A DNA stretch of 32,000 nucleotides from Bacillota bacterium (GCA_023388195.1 JAEWGR010000056.1:42151-74150); one strand, 5' to 3'. Shown: positions 21,288-29,373, numbered from the stretch's first letter. The notes: generated by a model not told the origin, from the letters alone. Made by a program: numbers and translations.

Positions 21288-22655
21288 ATGTCTGATTTGA
21301 TGACCATCATCCTCGCAGCTGGTAAAGGCACTCGCATGAAGTCGGCGTTGCCCAAGGTGTTACACCAGGTTGGTGGTAAATCCATGGTACAGCAGGTACT
21401 TGATGCCGCCAAGTACGCCGGTGCCGTTAAGAATGTTGTTGTCATTGGTTTTGGCGCTCAAAACGTAGCCGATGCACTGGCCGGCCAGGCCGAATTTGTT
21501 GTTCAGACAGAACAACTTGGTACCGGACATGCTGTGATGCAGGCCAGGCAGCAACTGGAGGTATTTGCTGGTACGGTCATGGTATTATGCGGGGATACCC
21601 CCCTTTTGACCGGAGCACTTTTGGAAAAAATGTATGACGAGCATTGCCGAGTCCAGGCTGCGGCGACGGTACTTACTGCAGTTATGCCTGATCCGGCCGG
21701 CTATGGACGGGTAATCCGCAATCCTGCGGGCCAGGTTGTCAAAATCGTTGAGCACAAAGACGCTGCTCCGGACGAACTGGCAGTACATGAGGTTAATACT
21801 GGTATCTATTGTTTTGATGCCAAAGAACTGCTGCGAGCGTTGGATGGTTTGACCTGTAATAACGCCCAAGGCGAGTACTATCTTACAGATGTTGTCGCGA
21901 TTTTAAACAGCAACCAGCATAAGGTATGGGCAGTCGCAGCCCCTGATTACCATGAGACTTTGGGAATAAACTCCCGGTCCCAGCTGGCTGAGGCGGAAGG
22001 AATAATCAGACGCCGGCAACTGGAATTGCTCATGGACAATGGCGTTACAATCATGGATCCGGCAAGTACCTTTATTGACGCTCAGGTTGAGATCGGGCCT
22101 GACAGTATTGTCTACCCTTTTACCTGGATAGAAGGCAATAGTAAAATTGGCTCCAACACTGTGCTCGGCCCTAATAGCCGCATTGTGAATACCGTGATCG
22201 GCAATCGGTCAACCGTGCATTTTACTTATGCCCATGACTGCGTAATCGGTGAGGATGTAACGGTAGGGCCTTATGTTCATTTACGGCCAAACACGGACAT
22301 AAAAAATGGCGTTAAAATCGGCAATTTTGTAGAAGTAAAAAATACAGTTGTCGGCGAAAAGAGTAAAATACCGCATCTTAGTTATATCGGCGACACCGAT
22401 ATGGGGGCTGGTGTAAATATCGGCTCAGGTACGATTACCGTTAATTATGATGGCAAGCATAAACACCGCACAACTATCGAGGATGGGGCATTTATTGGCT
22501 GCAATACTAATCTGGTAGCACCTGTCACTGTCGGTCGCGGCTCTTATATTGCGGCAGGTTCAACAATTACCAAAAACGTTCCCCCCGGGTCATTGGGAGT
22601 AGCGCGCTCACGCCAGAGCAATCTGGAAGGCTGGGCGGAAAAACAGCGGAGGTAA
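21288..22655 (+). CDS. glmU: Bifunctional UDP-N-acetylglucosamine pyrophosphorylase / glucosamine-1-phosphate N-acetyltransferase
   Basis: LAAGKGTRMKS motif and C-terminal left-handed beta-helix hexapeptide repeats. A GGAGG RBS is present and the synteny with prs matches. Confidence 0.97.
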   Translation: MSDLMTIILAAGKGTRMKSALPKVLHQVGGKSMVQQVLDAAKYAGAVKNVVVIGFGAQNVADALAGQAEFVVQTEQLGTGHAVMQARQQLEVFAGTVMVLCGDTPLLTGALLEKMYDEHCRVQAAATVLTAVMPDPAGYGRVIRNPAGQVVKIVEHKDAAPDELAVHEVNTGIYCFDAKELLRALDGLTCNNAQGEYYLTDVVAILNSNQHKVWAVAAPDYHETLGINSRSQLAEAEGIIRRRQLELLMDNGVTIMDPASTFIDAQVEIGPDSIVYPFTWIEGNSKIGSNTVLGPNSRIVNTVIGNRSTVHFTYAHDCVIGEDVTVGPYVHLRPNTDIKNGVKIGNFVEVKNTVVGEKSKIPHLSYIGDTDMGAGVNIGSGTITVNYDGKHKHRTTIEDGAFIGCNTNLVAPVTVGRGSYIAAGSTITKNVPPGSLGVARSRQSNLEGWAEKQRR

Positions 22656-22661
22656 GAAAAA

Positions 22662-23609
22662 GTGGAAGATACGAAACGGTTACGAATATTCAGTGGGAAT
22701 GCCAATCCGGCATTAGCTCAGGAAATTGCAGCCTATCTTGGTTTGACTGTGGGCGATGCGTTTGTGGGCAGGTTTAATAATGGTGAGATTCAGGTTATGA
22801 TTGATGAAAGTGTGCGCGGCACAGACGTCTTTATCGTTCAGCCGACAAGTTTCCCGGTTAACGATAATATGATGGAATTATTAATTATGATTGATGCTGT
22901 CAAACGGGCATCGGCTAGAAATATTACTGCAGTTATTCCTTATTATGCATATGCCCGCCAGGATAGAAAAACCCGCGGCCGGGAACCTATTTCAGCCAAA
23001 TTGATGGCTAATCTCTTAACGGTAGCAGGCGCTACCCGGGTTGTTACCATGGATCTTCATGCCGGTCAGATTCAGGGTTTCTTTGATATTCCTGTGGATA
23101 ACCTGCCGGGTGTGCCTACCCTGGCTGAATATATTATGTCTTTGCAACTGGAAGACCTTGTCGTTGTATCCCCTGATCTGGGCGGTGTTTCGCGGGCCCG
23201 GCTGTTTGCCGACCGCATGCATGCGCCGATTGCCATTATTGAAAAGCGCCGGCCGGCTCCAGGGGTAGCTGAGGTAATGAACCTGATTGGCAATGTCGAG
23301 GGAAAAACGGCTGTTATTGTCGATGATATTGTTGATACGGCCGGCTCACTGACTGAAGGGGCTAACGCCCTGTCCCGCATGGGCGCCAAAGCGGTATACG
23401 CCTGCTGTACTCACGCCGTGTTGAGTGACCCGGCGGTAGAGCGGATCCAAAAATCGAATATTACCGAACTTATTGTTACTAATACTATTCCTATGTCGGA
23501 AGCAAAATCCAGCCCTAAGATTAAAGTATTGTCGGTTGCCCCGCTCCTGGGTGAGGCGATTATCCGGATTTTCGGTGAACTGTCTGTCAGTAAGTTATTT
23601 GACGATTAA
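22662..23609 (+). CDS. prs: Ribose-phosphate pyrophosphokinase
   Basis: [27 protein letters not shown] and PRPP-binding [12 protein letters not shown]. The GTG start follows GGAGGT by 9 nt. Confidence 0.97.
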   Translation: MEDTKRLRIFSGNANPALAQEIAAYLGLTVGDAFVGRFNNGEIQVMIDESVRGTDVFIVQPTSFPVNDNMMELLIMIDAVKRASARNITAVIPYYAYARQDRKTRGREPISAKLMANLLTVAGATRVVTMDLHAGQIQGFFDIPVDNLPGVPTLAEYIMSLQLEDLVVVSPDLGGVSRARLFADRMHAPIAIIEKRRPAPGVAEVMNLIGNVEGKTAVIVDDIVDTAGSLTEGANALSRMGAKAVYACCTHAVLSDPAVERIQKSNITELIVTNTIPMSEAKSSPKIKVLSVAPLLGEAIIRIFGELSVSKLFDD

Positions 23610-23694
23610 AATAGATGGAAATAGTGGCCGCCTGCTTTGGAAGCGCATTTATAAAGACACTGTTGTTTTGGCGAATAAGATATAATGGAGGTCA

Positions 23695-23732
23695 CTTACA
23701 TAGGGCGCGACTACTCGCGCCCTATTTGTAAG
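23695..23732 (+). promoter_or_regulatory. Long GC-rich hairpin between a GGAGG box and the GNAT start codon
   Basis: CTTACATAGGGCGCGA (23695-23710) pairs with TCGCGCCCTATTTGTAAG (23715-23732) around a 4-nt loop with one small bulge. GGAGG is at 23687-23691 and the ATG at 23736. Confidence 0.5.
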
Positions 23733-23735
23733 TAA

Positions 23736-24398
23736 ATGACTATGGACAATTACGCTATTACCCGGGCCCGGGTCACGGACGTCCCGGCTATTGCCAGCCT
23801 GTTTACGGAAAGCTTCATGGATAGTGTGCTTCACCATTGTGGCGGACGTTTACCCAAACCTCAGGCTATGGAGGACGTATTCACTCTGGTGTATACGGCA
23901 GAACCCGAAGCCGCCCTGATCGCCAGAGAGCGATCGGGAAAGCTTATTGGTTACTGCTTTGCCCCAGTCCGGTTAAACCAACTCTGGATTCAGGCAATTA
24001 CCGGCGGCCATCTTGCCAAATGGGCCTGGCGCTGGCTAACGGGTAAGTATGGTTTTGGTCTCCATCCTGTCAAAGTAATTTTCTTAAACAAACTTGCTTT
24101 TTTACGCTCGGCTGCCACACCCGGGAAAGCAGCCAATGCCCGCATTTTATCAGTGGCTGTTTCACCGGCTGCGCGGGGTTTGGGTGTGGCCAGTGCTCTG
24201 ATGGCAGAAGCAGACAGTTATTTCCGGGAGAAGCAGGTAACGCGGGTACGGCTGGAAGTACGGCCGGATAACCGCCCGGCTATCCGGGTGTATGAAAAGT
24301 TAGGCTACTATCCTGGCGGAACTACCTCTGATTCGCAGGGACCCTGGTTGATCATGTTTAAAGATTTTCCTGAAACGGGGTTAAAAACCAATGTTTGA
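23736..24398 (+). CDS. GNAT-family N-acetyltransferase
   Basis: Acetyl-CoA-binding motif AVSPAARGLGVASALM plus VRLEVRPDNRPAIRVYEKLGY. There is no conventional RBS directly upstream. Confidence 0.8.
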   Translation: MTMDNYAITRARVTDVPAIASLFTESFMDSVLHHCGGRLPKPQAMEDVFTLVYTAEPEAALIARERSGKLIGYCFAPVRLNQLWIQAITGGHLAKWAWRWLTGKYGFGLHPVKVIFLNKLAFLRSAATPGKAANARILSVAVSPAARGLGVASALMAEADSYFREKQVTRVRLEVRPDNRPAIRVYEKLGYYPGGTTSDSQGPWLIMFKDFPETGLKTNV

Positions 24399-25209
24399 TA
24401 TAAAAGTCCGGCTTATCAGTATGCTGGGGCTATTAACAATAGTAGTTATCATTAGCTTGGTTCTTGACTATTTCCGCGTGCTGCGCCGGCCGGTCCGTCT
24501 GGGGCTGGGAATTGCCGTCCTGGGCATTACTGCCGGCTTTGTTCTTACTCTTAACGCAGTGTTGCCGGAGAATCGCTTTTACGGTCCCGTGTTTTCAGAG
24601 ATTCAGACAAGTGAAAAACTGGTGGCGATTACCTTTGATGACGGGCCAAACCCGCCGTACACCGGACAAATACTTGATCTTCTGAAGGAACGGCAAGTTC
24701 CGGCCACCTTCTTTGTTCTGGGGCACAATGTTGCCCAGTACCCTGATTTGACCAGGCGTATTGTTGCCGAAGGACACCAGTTGGGCAACCATACCTACAA
24801 CCATGTGGATCTGCTCAAACTTGACCGGAATGGTGTTGTTGAGGAGATTGAGAAAACCAATCAGGTGATTGCCGCTGCCGTCGGATATGCACCGCATGTT
24901 ATGCGCCCTCCTCACGGTTTCAGAGACGCGGTGGTTATGGACATTATGGCTGAGTATCAATTGAAGGTTGTAGAATGGTCTGTTGCCAGTCGTGACTGGC
25001 TGAATCCAGGGGCAGAGGTCATAGCCGACAGGACACTGCGTAAAGTTAAAAACGGGTCGGTCATTTTGCTGCATGATGGTGACGGCATAGCCGGCAGGTC
25101 GCCGCGCTCCCAGACAGTGGAAGCTGCCAGGCTGATTATTGACAGGTTATTGGCCCAGGGGTACAAGTTTGTTACTGTTGATGAAATTCTTGAGAGTATG
25201 GAGGAGTAG
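24391..25209 (+). CDS. Polysaccharide deacetylase (NodB/CE4 domain) with N-terminal membrane anchor
   Basis: NodB motifs AITFDDGP and LGNHTYNH, plus two predicted N-terminal TM segments. The start ATG overlaps the GNAT stop (ATGTTTGA). Confidence 0.9.
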   Translation: MFDIKVRLISMLGLLTIVVIISLVLDYFRVLRRPVRLGLGIAVLGITAGFVLTLNAVLPENRFYGPVFSEIQTSEKLVAITFDDGPNPPYTGQILDLLKERQVPATFFVLGHNVAQYPDLTRRIVAEGHQLGNHTYNHVDLLKLDRNGVVEEIEKTNQVIAAAVGYAPHVMRPPHGFRDAVVMDIMAEYQLKVVEWSVASRDWLNPGAEVIADRTLRKVKNGSVILLHDGDGIAGRSPRSQTVEAARLIIDRLLAQGYKFVTVDEILESMEE

Positions 25210-25210
25210 T

Positions 25211-25771
25211 GTGAAAATTATTGTCGGCCTGGGCAATCCCGGGCAGGAATATGGGGCTACCCGTCATAACGTAGGCTTTATGACTGTTGATAAATTAGCT
25301 GAAAAATGGTCAATTACCACGTGGCGTGAACGGTATAATGGCCTGGTGGCTGAATACCGGGGCGAGGAAACGGTGCTCCTGGTTAAGCCTCAGACCTATA
25401 TGAATTTGAGTGGCCGGGCAATAGTGCCGCTGGTTAATTTCTACAAGGTGCAGCTTAACGAGATTACAGTAATCTATGATGACCTTGATTTGCCTGCCGG
25501 GCGGCTTCGCCTCCGGCTGAAAGGCGGCTCAGGCGGCCACCGGGGTATTGAGTCCATGCTTTATGAATTAGGCAATGATGATTTTAACCGGGTACGGATT
25601 GGCATTGGCCGGCCGCCTCAGGGCTGGGAAACCGCCAATTATGTCCTTGGCCGGTTTAACGGTGAGGAAGCACCGGTCATCAGCGAGGCTATCGATCAGG
25701 CTGCCAGTGCGGTAGAATGTATTTTGCAGGAAGGCTTTACGAAAGCCATGAATAAATTTAACAAAGGGTAA
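25211..25771 (+). CDS. pth: Peptidyl-tRNA hydrolase
   Basis: KIIVGLGNPGQEYGATRHNVGF N-terminus. GTG 25211 is preceded by GGAGGAG. The upstream extension in the ORF track overlaps the deacetylase gene. Confidence 0.95.
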   Translation: MKIIVGLGNPGQEYGATRHNVGFMTVDKLAEKWSITTWRERYNGLVAEYRGEETVLLVKPQTYMNLSGRAIVPLVNFYKVQLNEITVIYDDLDLPAGRLRLRLKGGSGGHRGIESMLYELGNDDFNRVRIGIGRPPQGWETANYVLGRFNGEEAPVISEAIDQAASAVECILQEGFTKAMNKFNKG

Positions 25772-25773
25772 AA

Positions 25774-27000
25774 ATGATGATTACAGCTCTTTATGCTGAT
25801 GAAAATGGCGAAATATTTGATGCTCCCGGTTACCGGGCTGCTGCCCGCCTGGGGGATGGCTTGCTCGCGCTGAAGCCGGAGGACCTGATCAGGCTGCCTG
25901 AGGGGGCAGAACTGATGTTTCTGCCTGGCCGGGTTGCCCTTCATCTTGCCGGTGCTACTTTTAAACCAATGAAAGGCTGCCAGGCTGTGGCGGCGATGTT
26001 GCCTGTTGGCTACACCCGTACCCTGTTGCCTGCTTATGCCCGGCAGCAGGGGGCTCCTCAACTGCCCCTGTTTGGTTATACGGCGGCAGCACTTTATCGT
26101 GATGAAATCTATGTGGCTGCTGTAAAAACGGCAGATAATGCGAAATGGCACCCGTACCGGTATAATACGCCGGACTTAAAGAAAAGGGTGGCAAAAGTCA
26201 GGCGTGATTTGCCTGGCAACCGATTGGTGGACCACTTAGCCAACTGTTCACTGGTATGGCACTGCTGTACAGCACAGAACTTGTTTTACCGACGCTGGGA
26301 GGCCGGTATTCCTGTTTCCCCGGCCTGCAATGCCAATTGTCTGGGGTGTATTTCGCTGCAGCCATCTGAATGTTGTCCAGCACCCCAAAGCCGTATTTTA
26401 TTTTCACCGACACCGGCCGAGATAGCTGCTGTTGGTCAGTATCACCTCACACAGGCGCCTGAGGCGATTGTTAGCTTCGGCCAGGGCTGTGAAGGAGAGC
26501 CGTCCCTGGCTGCTGAGTCTATTGCTGCCGCTATACAAAACATCCGTAGCGCCACAACCCGTGGCCAGATCAATATTAACACCAATGCCGGCTATACCGA
26601 AGGCATTAAAGCCATTGTCGATGCCGGTCTGGATAGTATGCGGGTCAGTATCATCAGCGCGCTCCCGTTGACCTATCAAGCGTACTATCAGGCTAGTTAC
26701 AGTCTGGACCATGTACGGCAATCGATTGCATATGCCAAGCGGCGCGGTGTCCATGTGGCATTGAATATGCTGCTTTTCCCCGGGCTTAACGACCGGCCTG
26801 AGGAAGAAGCTGCCTGGCTTGATTTTCTGGGTGAAACCGGGGTAGATATGATCCAGCTCAGGAACCTGAACTTTGATCCGGATTCTTTCTTGACGTCTAT
26901 GCCTGTCGGTGGTTTCCCGGGCGGTGTCCGTAAGTTTCTTGGCCGCATTACTAAAACCTACCCGGCAATCAGCCTGGGAAGCTTTACGGAATACATTTAG
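25774..27000 (+). CDS. Radical SAM protein with an approximately 185-aa uncharacterised N-terminal domain
   Basis: CNANCLGC (CxxxCxxC) cluster motif followed by the SFGQGCEGEPSL glycine-rich SAM motif. The start follows the pth stop by 2 nt. Confidence 0.8.
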   Translation: MMITALYADENGEIFDAPGYRAAARLGDGLLALKPEDLIRLPEGAELMFLPGRVALHLAGATFKPMKGCQAVAAMLPVGYTRTLLPAYARQQGAPQLPLFGYTAAALYRDEIYVAAVKTADNAKWHPYRYNTPDLKKRVAKVRRDLPGNRLVDHLANCSLVWHCCTAQNLFYRRWEAGIPVSPACNANCLGCISLQPSECCPAPQSRILFSPTPAEIAAVGQYHLTQAPEAIVSFGQGCEGEPSLAAESIAAAIQNIRSATTRGQININTNAGYTEGIKAIVDAGLDSMRVSIISALPLTYQAYYQASYSLDHVRQSIAYAKRRGVHVALNMLLFPGLNDRPEEEAAWLDFLGETGVDMIQLRNLNFDPDSFLTSMPVGGFPGGVRKFLGRITKTYPAISLGSFTEYI

Positions 27001-27031
27001 TGAGAGCTGCATATTTTGGCAAGCACAATAC

Positions 27032-27082
27032 AAGCATACAAGACTGTGTACGGCATACCGGGCAGTTTTGTATGCTTTTTTT
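27032..27082 (+). terminator. Intrinsic terminator after the pth / radical-SAM genes
   Basis: AAGCATACAA (27032-27041) pairs with TTGTATGCTT (27068-27077). Inner pairs ACTG/CAGT extend the stem. T7 follows. Confidence 0.75.
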
Positions 27083-27152
27083 GCTTGTGGGCATGTTATA
27101 TATTCTCGGGGCTTAATCAGGATAAAAAAATGGGCCAAAAACAATATGTATA

Positions 27153-27181
27153 TTGACAACGAACATGAGTGGATGTATGAT
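27153..27181 (+). promoter_or_regulatory. Near-consensus sigma-A promoter of the mini-gene
   Basis: TTGACA (27153-27158), a 17-nt spacer, then TATGAT (27176-27181). Confidence 0.6.
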
Positions 27182-27244
27182 GTATACAATGTTAAAAATT
27201 ATTTATAATAATTGTAACTGTGTAATGAAAAGGATGGTGGGACT

Positions 27245-27379
27245 ATGTCTGAAAAATCACAGGGAGATTCTAATTCCCAGGCTGGTAGTAAAATCCCGCT
27301 TCCAGACGAATTTAGCGAACTGGGCAGCCTTGATCCCAATGTGGATCAGAATTTATTACGCTTATCTGGTACTGTGTAA
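27245..27379 (+). CDS. 44-codon acidic ORF (absent from the ORF track); could instead be a non-coding sRNA
   Basis: Hand translation gives MSEKSQGDSNSQAGSKIPLPDEFSELGSLDPNVDQNLLRLSGTV. GGTGGG lies 5 nt before the ATG. It is bracketed by its own promoter and terminator. Confidence 0.4.
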   Translation: MSEKSQGDSNSQAGSKIPLPDEFSELGSLDPNVDQNLLRLSGTV

Positions 27380-27387
27380 TCGAACAC

Positions 27388-27427
27388 CCGGAATTTCAGT
27401 AATATCTGGAATTTCGGTATTTTTTTT
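27388..27427 (+). terminator. Intrinsic terminator of the mini-gene
   Basis: CCGGAATTTCAG (27388-27399) pairs with CTGGAATTTCGG (27406-27417). This is a 12-bp stem with two G-U pairs and a 6-nt loop, followed by TA and T8. Confidence 0.7.
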
Positions 27428-27585
27428 GCAGGATTTACCGGCGCAGGTAAAGAATTATGGGGATATCCGGTTGCTGCATTTCTAAAAATAAGCTTACAGA
27501 TGTAAAAACCCGGCATAGTAACACCTATGCATACATGAAAGCCGGCGTTATCTGTGAAAGATAAAAATTTGCAGGAGGCGGAATT

Positions 27586-28245
27586 TTGAAAACCGGCAAT
27601 TATATTAAATATTGTTTTGGCACCTCCTACTGTCATGTGGATGCGGTACATGCAGCCTCACCTAAAGCCGACCAGTTTACCGATGAAATTGTGGCCGGAA
27701 TTATCGCGAAAACAGGCTGTGCCGGTATTATTGGCACCGTTTCCCGGACGATCGCCGATCTTAATCGTCCGCCTGGACCGGGTAATGACGAAGCTGTATG
27801 GGAATACCGGGATGTCATCAGCCAGTTTTTATATAATACAGGCTTACTCGCGCCAGGCACTCGGAGTCTGGCCAAGCCATACCTGCATATCGGCATTCAT
27901 GGGATGAAAGATCAGCCCCACGGACCCTTCAGCATCGAAGTGGGGACGATTTTTGGCCGGACGTGCTCTCCCCGGGTAAAAAAATGGTTTGGAGAAGCAC
28001 TGAAAACTCAAGTCAAAGGATTTTCCCCGGATATTAAGGTTGTTTTTGATAAGCACTGGGTAGGAAATAAGTCTCTGGCCGCACACCGTTGGGGCGAGGG
28101 CCGGCGCTATCCCGGTTATGGCAGGAATTATAACGCTTTTCAGGTGGAAATTTCCCGGACGCTAAGGGAACATCACCGGCAGGCGATTATCGATATGTTT
28201 ACTGCCGTTGTGGCAGACTTTAGTCTTATGTCTTTTAGGAGGTAG
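27586..28245 (+). CDS. N-formylglutamate amidohydrolase (FGase)-family metallohydrolase-like protein
   Basis: HVDAVH ... TVSRTIADLNRPPG ... LHIGIHGM fits the FGase-family pattern (H-x-D, R-x-x-x-D-x-N-R, H-G/S-M). The TTG start is 7 nt after AGGAGG (27573-27578). Confidence 0.65.
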   Translation: MKTGNYIKYCFGTSYCHVDAVHAASPKADQFTDEIVAGIIAKTGCAGIIGTVSRTIADLNRPPGPGNDEAVWEYRDVISQFLYNTGLLAPGTRSLAKPYLHIGIHGMKDQPHGPFSIEVGTIFGRTCSPRVKKWFGEALKTQVKGFSPDIKVVFDKHWVGNKSLAAHRWGEGRRYPGYGRNYNAFQVEISRTLREHHRQAIIDMFTAVVADFSLMSFRR

Positions 28246-28249
28246 TATT

Positions 28250-28600
28250 GTGGCTAAAATCAAAAAAAATCTCAGTGACAGTGAAATGTTAAAAGGATGG
28301 CACGAACAGGTAACCTTTGAACATGCCTCTGAGGAGGAACAGCCTGTCCTGCCTGTGGTTAAAATGGCCAAGAAGGACCCGGCTGAAGATATTAACAGCG
28401 CTTTTCTTACACCGGAAATCCGGGAATCTGTCGGCAAAGCGCTGTTAGAGCTTAAACTTAATCTATATAAAGAAGGAATTGTTGATTACCAGGTGAAGGT
28501 CTCTTGCCAAGGGAACCAAATAGTAATGACGGCAGTACCGCTAAAAGCTAAATTGTCCAGTAACCAGCCTGTACAGCAGAGCGGCAGGAGTAAAGGATAG
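28250..28600 (+). CDS. Hypothetical protein (116 aa), apparently translationally coupled to the FGase-like gene
   Basis: GTG 28250 is preceded by AGGAGG (28237-28242). The upstream gene's stop TAG (28243-28245) follows that box directly. I recognise no motif. Confidence 0.55.
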   Translation: MAKIKKNLSDSEMLKGWHEQVTFEHASEEEQPVLPVVKMAKKDPAEDINSAFLTPEIRESVGKALLELKLNLYKEGIVDYQVKVSCQGNQIVMTAVPLKAKLSSNQPVQQSGRSKG

Positions 28601-28622
28601 GTTAATCGGGCCTATCCTTTTT
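28592..28622 (+). terminator. Intrinsic terminator overlapping the stop codon of the 116-aa ORF
   Basis: AAAGGATAGG (28592-28601) pairs with CCTATCCTTT (28611-28620), followed by TT. Confidence 0.8.
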
Positions 28623-28664
28623 ATTACCCCGGCAAATTTATAAAATTAAAGTATGATGCAAGGG

Positions 28665-28740
28665 CTAAGAAAATCTTTACCCTAAAGGGCACAGGCCGCT
28701 TTGCCGGCAACCTAAAGGACTTGGTATAAGCCAAGTCCTC
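28665..28740 (+). repeat. Copy D of the hairpin-terminated element
   Basis: CTAAGAAAA...GCCGCTTTGCCGGCAACCTAAAGGACTTGGtataagCCAAGTCC shares the TAAGAA, GCCGGC and GGACTTGG/CCAAGTCC blocks. No T-run follows. Confidence 0.7.
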
Positions 28741-28748
28741 CTGGCTAT

Positions 28749-29342
28749 TTAATCGTGTGTCAATGGCAGCGGTTCATTAGTAAGCTCAAATAGTGCTGCA
28801 GTAAATTCTGCAATATGTTCTTTTTCTTCATTCATTAAATGGCAAAATAGCAGCTGGACTTCCGTGTTTTCAGCAGTTAGCATATAGCGTTGATATTTAT
28901 TGGTAGCGAGAAGTTCATCGCTCAGGGCTTTGGTTAGGAGATTAACAGTTGGCATTTCTTTGCGGTCTGGCAGGATTATCTGCGAATCAGCAACTGCCGC
29001 TTCTTTAGCCGCTTTAGATTTAGAGGGCAGCGGGCGGGTCATTACCAGCAGGTCAAGACCGGCCTCACTGAGCAATTCGGCCTGTACCGGGTCTAACCGG
29101 GATATCTCCCGCATAATCTCCACATAATGCTCCATTTCCGTTGCGGCAATATCGAGAAATAACTGGGGCGTACAAGAGTTTCGGGCAGCATCCAGATAAA
29201 AGGCAATTGCTGTGCGCTCATCAGCAGCCGCATCTCTTAGGAGCAGTAAATCCGGATCACTGGGGCATGCTTCAATCGGGCATGGGTTAGTTGTTTCGGC
29301 TAAGGTTTTCGATTTATTCTTACGGGCTCGGAACATAGCCAT
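28749..29342 (-). CDS. Ferritin-like / rubrerythrin-type diiron four-helix-bundle protein
   Basis: Two half-sites each have E...ExxH (DERTAIAFY + TEMEHY; DELLATNKY + EEKEHI), joined by a Lys/Ala-rich linker. A GGAGGTGG RBS precedes ATG 29342. Confidence 0.75.
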   Translation of the reverse strand: MAMFRARKNKSKTLAETTNPCPIEACPSDPDLLLLRDAAADERTAIAFYLDAARNSCTPQLFLDIAATEMEHYVEIMREISRLDPVQAELLSEAGLDLLVMTRPLPSKSKAAKEAAVADSQIILPDRKEMPTVNLLTKALSDELLATNKYQRYMLTAENTEVQLLFCHLMNEEKEHIAEFTAALFELTNEPLPLTHD

Positions 29343-29373
29343 ACATCCACCTCCGTTTGTAATTAACTGCTAT

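Noticed and set aside
24595-25074. 159-aa minus-strand ORF antisense to the polysaccharide deacetylase (similar cases at 25696..26151, 20559..20888 and 23072..23389)
   Set aside because: Each is the shadow frame of a gene with unambiguous family motifs on the + strand, and none has start signals.
26404-27189. 261-aa minus-strand ORF, the longest unexplained frame in the track
   Set aside because: It is antisense to the 3' third of the radical-SAM gene, whose frame carries recognisable motifs. It has no RBS, runs through the + strand terminator and promoter, and has a composition unlike real proteins. I treat it as spurious.
27245-27379. The 44-aa ORF as a RiPP precursor for the upstream radical-SAM enzyme
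   Set aside because: The peptide has no Cys, Trp or Tyr, nor any other residues typical of radical-SAM-modified cores. It is separated from the enzyme by a strong terminator and has its own promoter. No protease or transporter genes are adjacent.
27153-27485. 110-aa + strand ORF from the track covering the AT-rich gap
   Set aside because: It starts inside the predicted promoter, reads through the strong terminator at 27388-27427, has no RBS, and is out of frame with the better-signalled 44-codon ORF.
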